From the NCBI GenBank assembly GCA_964623905.1, contig CAZUVY010000003.1:2443-66442 (forward strand): a DNA stretch of 64,000 bases. The letters run 5' to 3'. Shown here piece by piece: positions 44,001 to 51,671 of this stretch. This DNA comes from an uncultured Faecalimonas sp. (lineage in GTDB: Bacteria > Bacillota > Clostridia > Lachnospirales > Lachnospiraceae). The translations under genes and the position numbers were made by a program. The notes below the pieces were generated by a model, which worked only from the letters and a program-made list of their open reading frames with translations, was not told where the DNA came from and did not search any database. Position 1 is the first letter of the stretch. Each line of letters starts with the position of its first letter.

Positions 44001-47000
44001 CTACTGCATCCTTGTATTTGTCTTGCAATGTGCCAGTACCATAGTTTGGCGTAATCGAATGTCCACATACAAGTGTATATGTATCACCGGCTTCTTTCCA
44101 GCTTCCGGTCTGAATAAAATATCCACCTGTCTTACTGGTCACACTCATATCCAATGTACCAATAATCGGTATATCCAAAAGACTGGTATCCGTCTCACTA
44201 TTTTGTACCCCCGGAACCTCAGGAATATCCTGCTGAATCGGAGTCACATCTTCTATTATCGGTTCTGCAAGATTGTATCCCGTATTTACCAAATCTGTAG
44301 TGATTTCCGTAGTCTCTGTCTGTGTTCCATTGCTGTCTGTATAGGTATATGTCATCTCTGCTGTAACTGTAACATATAGATGCGTATCTTTTGGAAGTGC
44401 TGTATTATCATTTAAACTGAGTTTCCATGCTTCATGCTTATCTCCCAGATTGATCGTGGAATCATAAACAGCCTCCATCGTTTTCAGCTCATCACCATAA
44501 CTATCTGAAAGATTTGACAAGAAATGATAAGTAACCTTCGTAATCTTGTAAATATCCGAATGCACATAAATATCTGCTACGAATTCTGCAGCACCCGCTG
44601 ATGTCAGATAAATGTAGTTCTGATTATAGCCAACTCCGTCCACTGTAGCAACTACCTCTACTGGATAAAAGCTGCCAGCTACGAACTGTGGAAGACTCAG
44701 CGAATATTTCCCCGGTCCATTGTATGTAAATGTCACATAGCCGGTTTTGTCCTGATAGCTTACCGCCATGGAATAACTTCCGCCTACTACTCCCTTAAAG
44801 TTCTGAATTTCAAAATAACCGTTTTCATCCGTTGAACCTGCATAAGGATTGTCTTGAGAAACCGTCATCACATACTGCGAATTCGCCAAAACGATATCTG
44901 CGCTGGTTCCATTCAGCAAGTTTGTATCTTTTCGAGATAAATAACCAGAAATCGTGCCTGTTGAAAGCGTCACATCACTTTCTTTCACAAAGTCTACTGT
45001 AATCGTGTTATTATTCGCATTTCCATCAAGCTGATAATTGAAGGTATCTCCATAATAAGTTCTGCCATTTGACTCCCACACGGTAATATAACCATCATCT
45101 GCCTTTGCCTTTAATGGATAATAATTGCTGACATCATAAGTATCCTTATCTAAGGCCAGCCCTTCCGTATATAATATGCCATGTACATTTTGAGGATCTT
45201 TATATTCTACGTACAATTGATCCGAATTTGTATCAAATACGCCCTGGAACGTATAATGGCTATATTTACTGCCTGAAAGATCCATGGTAACCGTATCTCC
45301 AACCTTGCCGATCACCCCGTATTCTAGAATATCACCATTCGCACTTTGACGTTTTTCATAATGTACTCCAGTAAATGTTGCTCCATCTTTTCCTGTACCT
45401 GTAAATACTACTTTATCTCCCTGATGCAAGTTCTGACCAGAAGGACTTTGAATCGCAATGGTTCCAAGTGCCGCATCCTGCAGCTCGTATTCTACCTCGA
45501 TTTTTGCAAAAACCGGACGAATTGTAAATGTGTTATAGCCGTCCGAATCATCATAACACCAACTTGACTCATACTTGCCCAAAAAACTTTGGTCAAATGT
45601 GATATAATCCTGACTCAACGAAATTGTATCTGACCATTTAGTACCGTTCTTTAATTGATAACCGACCAATTTTGCCGGATATGCACTGTCACATGAATAA
45701 GCCAGGTTAATATGTCTGTCCGCATCCATTGTATAATACATAGTAGTAGAACCAGATGTCAGAGCCGGTGCGATCGAATAACCATTGTAATCCAGAGCTT
45801 CTGGCGCCTCTATCCTAATCCTATAGGTTCTTTTATTCATCTTAAACCCATTTGGAGTATAAGCATTCCATCCACAATCCCAGCTTCCTGGAAGATCGGA
45901 ATTACAATAGTAAATATACTTGCTTCCCTGATAATTATCCGCAAGCGTATATTTTAAATTCTGTGTACTTTTGTTATCATTCTCATATAATTTGTAATGG
46001 CCTACATTCCAGACACCAAAGATAACATCACAATATCCCGTGGTCAGATCTTCAATATAGACCGTACCTTCTATCGATTCGATACCAGTCAGATTATACT
46101 TTGATTTTGTACGTGAATACAAATATCCGCTGCTGGAACCTCCCTCGGTATTTAGCTTGTACATATTTTTATCGGAAACAAAACTGAGGCTTCCATCTGT
46201 GGAACTGTCGTCATATTCAAACAGGCCATTGCTGCTGCTTCCCATGACAATGATGCTGCTGTCATCTTCATAAGTAGAGGTATATTTTTTCGCCCAGTCT
46301 GGGAACCAGTTGGTATTACTAACCTGACGCACCGGTGAAATCACATCATACTGTGCCGGAACCGCATCCAATTCTGGATCTGCCCCTTCTGGAATCTCTT
46401 TTTCTTCCAGGCTGACCGTAACCATCTCTTCACTTACCGTATAACCACCATCAGACATAAGTGTATAAGTTCCAGGCAATGCTAAAACCACCTGTGTATC
46501 CTGATGTGGTGAAAAATCCACATATCCCATTGGCTCGCCGTCATATAAAAGCACTGCCGCTGTTCCTGTCGCAAGATTACCAGTTCTCTTAAATGTAATC
46601 TGCGCCATACCAGACTCTTCATCCGCGATCAGAACATCCTCACAATCAAATGCAACATGGACCGTTGGATCCTCTTCATCATCGATAATCGAGCAAAGTA
46701 TCTGACCTGCCTCAAAAACCTCGCCTTCATCATCCAGTATCACTGCCATAAAACTTTCATCGTATTCACTGAAGCTGTCATCGATTATCTCCACTGTAAG
46801 CGGTACTTTTGCTTCTCCGGCAGGAAATGTTACTTCAAATTCCGCTGCCATTGCACCAAGATCCTGAATCTGTGCCAGCATATCCGCTGCACTGACTGAC
46901 TCTTCCGTCTCTGCCGATTCATCATAAGTTACATATGCTTCGGCCGCATCTACCGGAAGATTACTTACAAGTTGGCCTCCATCACGGAATGCATCATAAA

Positions 47001-47352
47001 TACTGGTAGCGCCCTCGATTTTTTCAATCTCTGTGCCATCCAGTTTGATCAAATAATCCATTCCATAGTTCGCGCTGTTGTCATAAATCTGCACCGTAAC
47101 AGTAAGTGCATCCTTTACGTTTCCTGCGCGGCTAAGATTCAGCTCCTTACTTCCATCTGTCTCCTGATAAACAGGCGCTGTCTCTTCAAAATTTACCGAA
47201 GCCTTGTCTGAATATGTAATTTCAGATACTGCCTCTTCTTCCGTCTGCGTATCCGTATCTTCTGTCGCAAACGCAGACATTGGGATCATGCCGATGATCA
47301 GACACAGTGCCATCAACATACTCATTCCCTTTTTCATCCATGTGTTTTTCAT
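41005..47352 (-). CDS. Giant (2115 aa) secreted/cell-surface multidomain protein
   Basis: Signal peptide (LCLIIGMIPMSAFA|TED). Two Calx-beta-like modules (VTFPAGEAKVPLTVEIIDDSFSEYDESF). A carboxypeptidase-regulatory-like module (ENGYFEIQNFKG). One BNR Asp-box (SSDGGKTWS). CARDB-like modules (VNVDLTISNEGFETLNGAAITV). A C-terminal hydrophobic helix followed by KRFKKRF. Confidence 0.85.
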   Translation of the reverse strand: MKNTWMKKGMSMLMALCLIIGMIPMSAFATEDTDTQTEEEAVSEITYSDKASVNFEETAPVYQETDGSKELNLSRAGNVKDALTVTVQIYDNSANYGMDYLIKLDGTEIEKIEGATSIYDAFRDGGQLVSNLPVDAAEAYVTYDESAETEESVSAADMLAQIQDLGAMAAEFEVTFPAGEAKVPLTVEIIDDSFSEYDESFMAVILDDEGEVFEAGQILCSIIDDEEDPTVHVAFDCEDVLIADEESGMAQITFKRTGNLATGTAAVLLYDGEPMGYVDFSPHQDTQVVLALPGTYTLMSDGGYTVSEEMVTVSLEEKEIPEGADPELDAVPAQYDVISPVRQVSNTNWFPDWAKKYTSTYEDDSSIIVMGSSSNGLFEYDDSSTDGSLSFVSDKNMYKLNTEGGSSSGYLYSRTKSKYNLTGIESIEGTVYIEDLTTGYCDVIFGVWNVGHYKLYENDNKSTQNLKYTLADNYQGSKYIYYCNSDLPGSWDCGWNAYTPNGFKMNKRTYRIRIEAPEALDYNGYSIAPALTSGSTTMYYTMDADRHINLAYSCDSAYPAKLVGYQLKNGTKWSDTISLSQDYITFDQSFLGKYESSWCYDDSDGYNTFTIRPVFAKIEVEYELQDAALGTIAIQSPSGQNLHQGDKVVFTGTGKDGATFTGVHYEKRQSANGDILEYGVIGKVGDTVTMDLSGSKYSHYTFQGVFDTNSDQLYVEYKDPQNVHGILYTEGLALDKDTYDVSNYYPLKAKADDGYITVWESNGRTYYGDTFNYQLDGNANNNTITVDFVKESDVTLSTGTISGYLSRKDTNLLNGTSADIVLANSQYVMTVSQDNPYAGSTDENGYFEIQNFKGVVGGSYSMAVSYQDKTGYVTFTYNGPGKYSLSLPQFVAGSFYPVEVVATVDGVGYNQNYIYLTSAGAAEFVADIYVHSDIYKITKVTYHFLSNLSDSYGDELKTMEAVYDSTINLGDKHEAWKLSLNDNTALPKDTHLYVTVTAEMTYTYTDSNGTQTETTEITTDLVNTGYNLAEPIIEDVTPIQQDIPEVPGVQNSETDTSLLDIPIIGTLDMSVTSKTGGYFIQTGSWKEAGDTYTLVCGHSITPNYGTGTLQDKYKDAVGTKDLLEGASSDDPKGAADLKQKSATQVEIAPVFYLKFTVQTADDGNGGLIHYLTGFEFALGIFGAVKKNIPFTVYGVPCYVCITLTTEAYIQLQMNLPEGTQLGAVLTTIVEDATTDVNAFFAAPILKFGVKGGVGYNNWASIFAEGTIEAPFTVDFTPVDAAGQISWDVGIGVDLMAFSAEIEYNSNPYDFGNETLLANLKTIQDLQENTSALQSYRLSSGKSYETLEEALENATFSAKERPEQSTQVLRSGTMTSDTIASGVFMNTEVQLVQLDSGKIMVLFLTDNHAEDGSLNYLSAAYSISSDGGKTWSEVDYVSENIGEATTSLQYDINVFELEDRILVTWSEANLDKVLGDIDLENITADQIAKAMNAMSLKGRFFDKNSGEAMGEAFAIAQNSTVFCGGLEAVQNGDMVYVYYQRNVFPTEEDVTVEDLLSNERTIAMASANVNDTENWTSTPVRAMSKDGKQYRIVDVVPFVHDGILGEVAVLDQNGRLTVTNEETGELEADIEDRQIYLRTYEFDEDGVPTPTALIALTDYNDCAQSPQVLSTDDYLYMMWNQNGEVVYMSDFVARDTDSEEVQDQAYVVANADGTYTVKTPEETGVATVASDESVYIGTRFTASIADDGNVMVSWVATDKEDTTLVPTDEIYGMMLESKEEGLYAVGSPVALTDEDRPIGALDNICMENEETSKFLLVYSRFNEMLRRESTSADIMTQTSVDEPKLAVTVDALDYPLPGTTVNVDLTISNEGFETLNGAAITVSGIGETLNLTVEDEILSGRSKDVTVELTIPEDFDETTDLKVTVSGLGNQAKYTASGETEVLYGSYIVPMDLPQITSIPNSTDCLVQIPVRNNGNASGTVTLDLKNQVFASDKAEDVKEYTFESDVVVSANGEATISYLMEDTLMDAEIYSTVQVWTGEAYDQGTEAPMPKPVTLSLEDVSYGNNGDDTNKPDVSVDADSPSSGDNSQAAIYIIVLIGAVMCLGVVGMKRFKKRF

Positions 47353-47394
47353 GTTGTACCTCCTTCTCTCGTTCCTTATTCATACTGAACTGCA

Positions 47395-47745
47395 TCAGCA
47401 ATGTGCAAAGGCTCTCTCTATCTTCTCTGATGTCACAGGTTTTACTCCGAAATAGGAACAATCCAAACGATAAGACTGAGCCCCAAAATACTTGTCATCA
47501 GAAAACCAGATTACTTTCGTGCACGGCTGAACATGTTTGGCTGCAATTACACCCTCCATACCACCGGCTCCATTTGCTGTAACAAGTACCACATCAAATG
47601 CCTGCTCCTGTAAGGACTGTGTAAAATCTCGAAACTCATCATGCATCGTCAAATGTAATTGTCTGTATTGCAGATTCCCATGTCCCGTGATCATTTCCTC
47701 CAGATCAGAATGTTCATCCGCATGTGCATAAATCAAAATATTCAT
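47395..47745 (-). CDS. Stand-alone receiver (REC)-like domain protein with a degenerate acidic pocket
   Basis: 116 aa from ATG 47745 (GGAGGTG RBS). Aligns along its length with the REC domain of the neighbouring LytTR regulator: FDVVLVT matches YDLIILD (phospho-Asp retained), WFSDD matches FCTSS, and GVKPV matches LQKPV. The N-terminal DDD is replaced by HADEH. Confidence 0.65.
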   Translation of the reverse strand: MNILIYAHADEHSDLEEMITGHGNLQYRQLHLTMHDEFRDFTQSLQEQAFDVVLVTANGAGGMEGVIAAKHVQPCTKVIWFSDDKYFGAQSYRLDCSYFGVKPVTSEKIERAFAHC

Positions 47746-47827
47746 CCGCTTCACCTCCGTTCACCTTCTATTACTTCTTAACTGTAGTGTACTAAATTTT
47801 CTGCCCACAGAAAATAGCACCGACACA

Positions 47828-47856
47828 AACGGCAAAAAAATTACATAAGCGGTAAA
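47828..47856. promoter_or_regulatory. Imperfect direct repeat, a candidate LytTR-regulator binding site
   Basis: AACGGCAAA (47828-47836) and AAGCGGTAAA (47847-47856), with their CGG cores 20 bp apart, just upstream of the -35 of the two-component operon. Confidence 0.25.
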
Positions 47857-47875
47857 TGTACGCGTTCACTGACGC

Positions 47876-47904
47876 TTGTTTTCCCCAAAATACTGCTGTA
47901 TAAT
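47876..47904 (+). promoter_or_regulatory. Candidate sigma-A promoter of the LytTR/kinase operon
   Basis: TTGTTT (47876-47881) - 17 bp - TATAAT (47899-47904). Confidence 0.5.
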
Positions 47905-47936
47905 TATTTCTAAATTGAGGAAATGAAGGTGACTTT

Positions 47937-48656
47937 ATGAAGATTGCACTCGTAGATGATGATCATTGCTCCCTAGAACATCTGACAAAATTGATTTCCC
48001 GACAGCTCGACCTCATGGGGGATTCCCGCCGTCGAATCGATACATATTGCAGCGGCGAAGAATTCCTTGCATCATGGAAGTCAGGCGCATACGATCTTAT
48101 TATTCTTGACATCTTTATGGGAGAAATTCTGGGAATTGATGTGGCACATAAAATCCGAGAAACAGACCCGGATGTACGTCTGGCATTCTGTACATCCAGC
48201 AATGAATTCGCTTGTGAAAGTTATGAGGTAAATGCACATTATTATCTGCAAAAACCGGTTTCTGAACAGAATATAAAACGTATGCTCGACCGCTTAAATC
48301 TGGAGATCATAGAGAGGATCCGTACTGTAAAACTTTCTGACGGTCAGGACATTATTCTTCGAAATATACTTTTTACTCAGTATTCTGGACATACCGCTCA
48401 GATTCATTTAAAAAATGGAACCATTCTGCGCGCCCGCATCACGCATAGCGAGCTGGAAGAACTGCTCTGCGAACACACTTATTTCTGCTGTTGTTCCAAA
48501 GGAGTCATTGTGAACTTTTATGAAGCAACCGGAATCCAAGACGCTGTTTTTCATATGACAGACAAAAGCCTTGTTCCGATCAGCCGCCGTAAATCCAAAG
48601 CAGTCACAGAAGCATACAATCGTTTTCACTTTGCACAAATGAGAAAGGATACTTAA
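47937..48656 (+). CDS. LytTR-family response regulator
   Basis: 239 aa. REC domain (LVDDDH, DLIILDIFM, LQKP) plus a C-terminal LytTR DNA-binding domain. Confidence 0.9.
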   Translation: MKIALVDDDHCSLEHLTKLISRQLDLMGDSRRRIDTYCSGEEFLASWKSGAYDLIILDIFMGEILGIDVAHKIRETDPDVRLAFCTSSNEFACESYEVNAHYYLQKPVSEQNIKRMLDRLNLEIIERIRTVKLSDGQDIILRNILFTQYSGHTAQIHLKNGTILRARITHSELEELLCEHTYFCCCSKGVIVNFYEATGIQDAVFHMTDKSLVPISRRKSKAVTEAYNRFHFAQMRKDT

Positions 48657-48658
48657 AT

Positions 48659-49978
48659 ATGAATGAACCATTCTACCGTTATCTTGAAGTTGCACTGTAC
48701 GCACTGCTGAATTTTTTGCCTTATCTGATCCTGGCACTGTATCCGTTTCGCAAGCAGCTTAGATTTTCTAAGCCTGTAATTATCAGCTTGATCTTTATAA
48801 TCAGTATTCTTCAAATTTTAACCGGAATATGCGCTGCATTTGAAATCAACAATGCCATGCTGTCAATCCTCAGCACGGCGCTTTACGCTATTTTTTATTT
48901 TACAGCTACCAAAGTTTATTTTGGAAAGTCTCTCTTTACATTATTGATCCTTTCTAATATGGCAAATCTGGTAATGGTGTTTGCGAAATGTCTGGAAGGT
49001 ATCCTTTTTGGATCCATGGCATATGAATCCTATCGCTGGACCAACAGTTTCTGTATGCTCATCGGACACTTGTTATTTACGACTCCGGTCGCTGTTTATT
49101 TTTACAAAAGCTACTCTGTCAGCATAAACAAACCTCACAACAATGTCTGGCGTTACCTCTGGCTGGTTCCTGCCACATTTTATCTTGCCTGGTACTGGCA
49201 TCTATATGGACAGGGCAGAAGCAGCCTTGAAGTTGCATTGGAGCCTGTCAATACTTTGTTCTTATTGCTGATAGATATCGGATCTTTTGTGATCTATCAC
49301 ATGATTTTGCGCCTGATCCATGAGCTGAATAAAAATATGGAATTGGAAATGAAAAATCATCAGCTTGCAATGCAAACGCTTCAATATGAAAATCTACGGA
49401 CGAAGATTGCGGAGGCACGCCGTGCCAAGCATGATATCCGCCATCATATTACGCTGATGCGCGAGTATTTGCACAACGGAAACCTTGATGAACTGGAACG
49501 CTATCTTGATCAGTACCAGAAATCACTGCCAAGCGACAGTGGGCTGGTATTTTCAAACAACTATACACTCAATACGCTATTATTATATTTTGCTCAGGAA
49601 GCTAAGAATTATGGGATTGATTACGATGTTCGAATTGATCTTCAGGAGAATCTTTGGATCCCTGAAAATGACTTGTCTGTTCTGCTTGGAAATCTTTTGG
49701 AAAACGCGATCCATGCCTGCGCAGAACAATCGAATGGCGAACGGAAAATTATAATCCGCGCAAAAGAAACGGAAAACACAATTTTTCTAACGATAGACAA
49801 TACCTTTGATGGGGAATTAAAACAAAGCAAGGATGGAAGTTACCTGTCCACCAAATTGAATGGAAATGGTCTCGGTCTCATGTCAGTCCGATCTATTACA
49901 GAACAATACCACGGAACTTTTGAAATCGAAACGCAGGAGAACCTGTTCTGCGTGTCCGTTGCATTAAGCCGTGGATAA
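48659..49978 (+). CDS. AgrC-like (HPK10-type) membrane sensor histidine kinase, GHKL ATPase
   Basis: 439 aa with 6-7 N-terminal TM helices, H-box RRAKHDIRHH, N-box LLGNLLENAIHA and G-box GNGLGL. Confidence 0.88.
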   Translation: MNEPFYRYLEVALYALLNFLPYLILALYPFRKQLRFSKPVIISLIFIISILQILTGICAAFEINNAMLSILSTALYAIFYFTATKVYFGKSLFTLLILSNMANLVMVFAKCLEGILFGSMAYESYRWTNSFCMLIGHLLFTTPVAVYFYKSYSVSINKPHNNVWRYLWLVPATFYLAWYWHLYGQGRSSLEVALEPVNTLFLLLIDIGSFVIYHMILRLIHELNKNMELEMKNHQLAMQTLQYENLRTKIAEARRAKHDIRHHITLMREYLHNGNLDELERYLDQYQKSLPSDSGLVFSNNYTLNTLLLYFAQEAKNYGIDYDVRIDLQENLWIPENDLSVLLGNLLENAIHACAEQSNGERKIIIRAKETENTIFLTIDNTFDGELKQSKDGSYLSTKLNGNGLGLMSVRSITEQYHGTFEIETQENLFCVSVALSRG

Positions 49979-50041
49979 AAAAAGTGCGATCTATTACCGT
50001 CACTTCTTGTGATTTTGACGATAATAAATCGCACTTATTTT
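49977..50041. terminator. Bidirectional terminator (20-bp imperfect stem) between the kinase and AAA+ genes
   Basis: AGTGCGATCTATTACCGTCA (49983-50002) pairs with TGACGATAATAAATCGCACT (50016-50035), 18 of 20 pairs, flanked by an A-run and a T-run. Confidence 0.7.
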
Positions 50042-50057
50042 CTATCATTCCTACTTT

Positions 50058-51545
50058 CTAAGCAAGCAGATCTCTTACCATTTTTGAATTGAACACAACC
50101 TGTGATACGTGATCCACTTCGATCTGATACAATGCATTTGCTGCCAGATGCTCTGCTGCCTGTTCCAGATCACGGATACCGCTTGTATTTGCATAATGAG
50201 CTACGATCGTATCCAGTGCTTCATCTGTCACGATACACTCTTCTTCCTTTAATCCCATACGTTTCAACACTTTAGGAAGTGCAAATTTTGAGAAGATAAT
50301 CTTCTTTTCTTCTGCTGTATATCCCGGAATCTCGATCACCGCGAAACGCGACATCAAAGGCGCACTGATCTGATCCTTGTCGTTGGCAGTCGCAATTGGA
50401 TAAACACCGCTGGTCGGAATCATACATTCCATATAGTTGTCAGTGAATCCAAGGTTATCAAGGAGTGTCAGAAGCACGTCTGCCGGATTGCCATTGCCTT
50501 TCCCAGAAGCCGCTTTATCAAGTTCGTTGATGATAAATACAAGATTGGACTCTCCTGCCATTGAGAATGCTTCCATAATAATCCCCGGCTTTGCATTGGA
50601 ATAGATTCTGGAACTTCCTGTAAGCTGCTCCGGATCATTAATCGAACTCATATCCAATGTAGTCCATGGCAATTTCAAAATACGTGCAACTGCATACGCG
50701 ATCTGCGATTTTCCTGTTCCTGCCGGTCCAACCAAAAGAAGACCATATGCAGGCAATGTATGTGTTCTGTTGATCTGAATGATCGTCTCGATGATACGCT
50801 GTTTTACACGTTCCATTCCATACAATTCTTCGTCCAGAATCTGGCGCGCTTTCACAGGGTCAATAGATTCAAAATAGTTATTCTTCCATTGAATATTCAT
50901 CATAATAGAAAGTGCACGCTGCGCATGACGGCGTTCTTCCTGTGTCACTTCATGGGAATGGGCAACTGCAAGATTTCTTCTTGCCCACAGTCTGATATTG
51001 TCAGGCAAAGTCTTTCCAGCACAGGTCATAAAATCTGAAATACTCTGCAAGCTGGTCAGCTTCATATCGTCCCCTGTCTCATCCAGGTCTTCGTCTTCCT
51101 CCAAATCATTCAAAGGTGCATTGCTTGCAAACAGACGCTCGATCATAAACTGAAGGAAACCATCTTCTGCTGAAAGCTTTCCCGCACCGCCAAATGCGAT
51201 CTCACGAATCTTATAAACGGCATATCCATCTTCGCGATTTTCTCCGGAAAGGCGCACATTGATATGATTCTTTCCAAGCCATTTCAAAAGGTATACAAAA
51301 CGAGAGTCAATCTGCAAAATATCTGCGCTGAATGTTCCGTCGTTTTCTTTAAATTCAAAAGAAGTTCTTTTAATTGGATTTGTAAAAATTCCGCAAGAAT
51401 GGTGGCTCCATTTGCGTTCACTATTATCTAAAACCAGAATTGGTCTCTCTGGACTGGCTGTTCGTTCATTCAAATGAAACGTTGTATATGTACATACTGC
51501 ATCCGCTTTATTATCTGGTGTATTGCTAAAATCAAATACTGGCAT
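50058..51545 (-). CDS. Lon-like AAA+ ATPase lacking a protease domain
   Basis: 495 aa. Residues about 200-495 are collinear with the Lon ATPase module: LDEELYGMERVKQRIIETI, Walker A GPAGTGKS, Walker B FIINELDK, sensor GIRDLEQ. The protein ends where the Lon protease domain would begin. Confidence 0.75.
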   Translation of the reverse strand: MPVFDFSNTPDNKADAVCTYTTFHLNERTASPERPILVLDNSERKWSHHSCGIFTNPIKRTSFEFKENDGTFSADILQIDSRFVYLLKWLGKNHINVRLSGENREDGYAVYKIREIAFGGAGKLSAEDGFLQFMIERLFASNAPLNDLEEDEDLDETGDDMKLTSLQSISDFMTCAGKTLPDNIRLWARRNLAVAHSHEVTQEERRHAQRALSIMMNIQWKNNYFESIDPVKARQILDEELYGMERVKQRIIETIIQINRTHTLPAYGLLLVGPAGTGKSQIAYAVARILKLPWTTLDMSSINDPEQLTGSSRIYSNAKPGIIMEAFSMAGESNLVFIINELDKAASGKGNGNPADVLLTLLDNLGFTDNYMECMIPTSGVYPIATANDKDQISAPLMSRFAVIEIPGYTAEEKKIIFSKFALPKVLKRMGLKEEECIVTDEALDTIVAHYANTSGIRDLEQAAEHLAANALYQIEVDHVSQVVFNSKMVRDLLA

Positions 51546-51629
51546 AATTCCACTCCTTTGTAAATATGATTATGTCTGGCAGACCGCCTTATCATACCAT
51601 ATTTTTCCGCAAATGAATACTTTAATCCG

Positions 51630-51660
51630 TAAAAAAGGCATCCTCTTTCGAGAATGCCTT
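51630..51660 (-). terminator. pgi terminator
   Basis: Minus strand AAGGCAT-loop-ATGCCTT, followed by TTTTTT. Confidence 0.75.
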
Positions 51661-51671
51661 ATGTATCATAA

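Noticed and set aside
47856-47903. A 15-codon ORF (MYAFTDACFPQNTAV) in the intergenic region upstream of the AgrC-like/LytTR operon, considered as an AgrD-type autoinducing peptide precursor because of its Cys.
   Set aside because: It has no Shine-Dalgarno sequence, overlaps the predicted -35/-10 of the operon promoter, is far shorter than known AgrD precursors (no amphipathic leader, no charged tail), and there is no AgrB.
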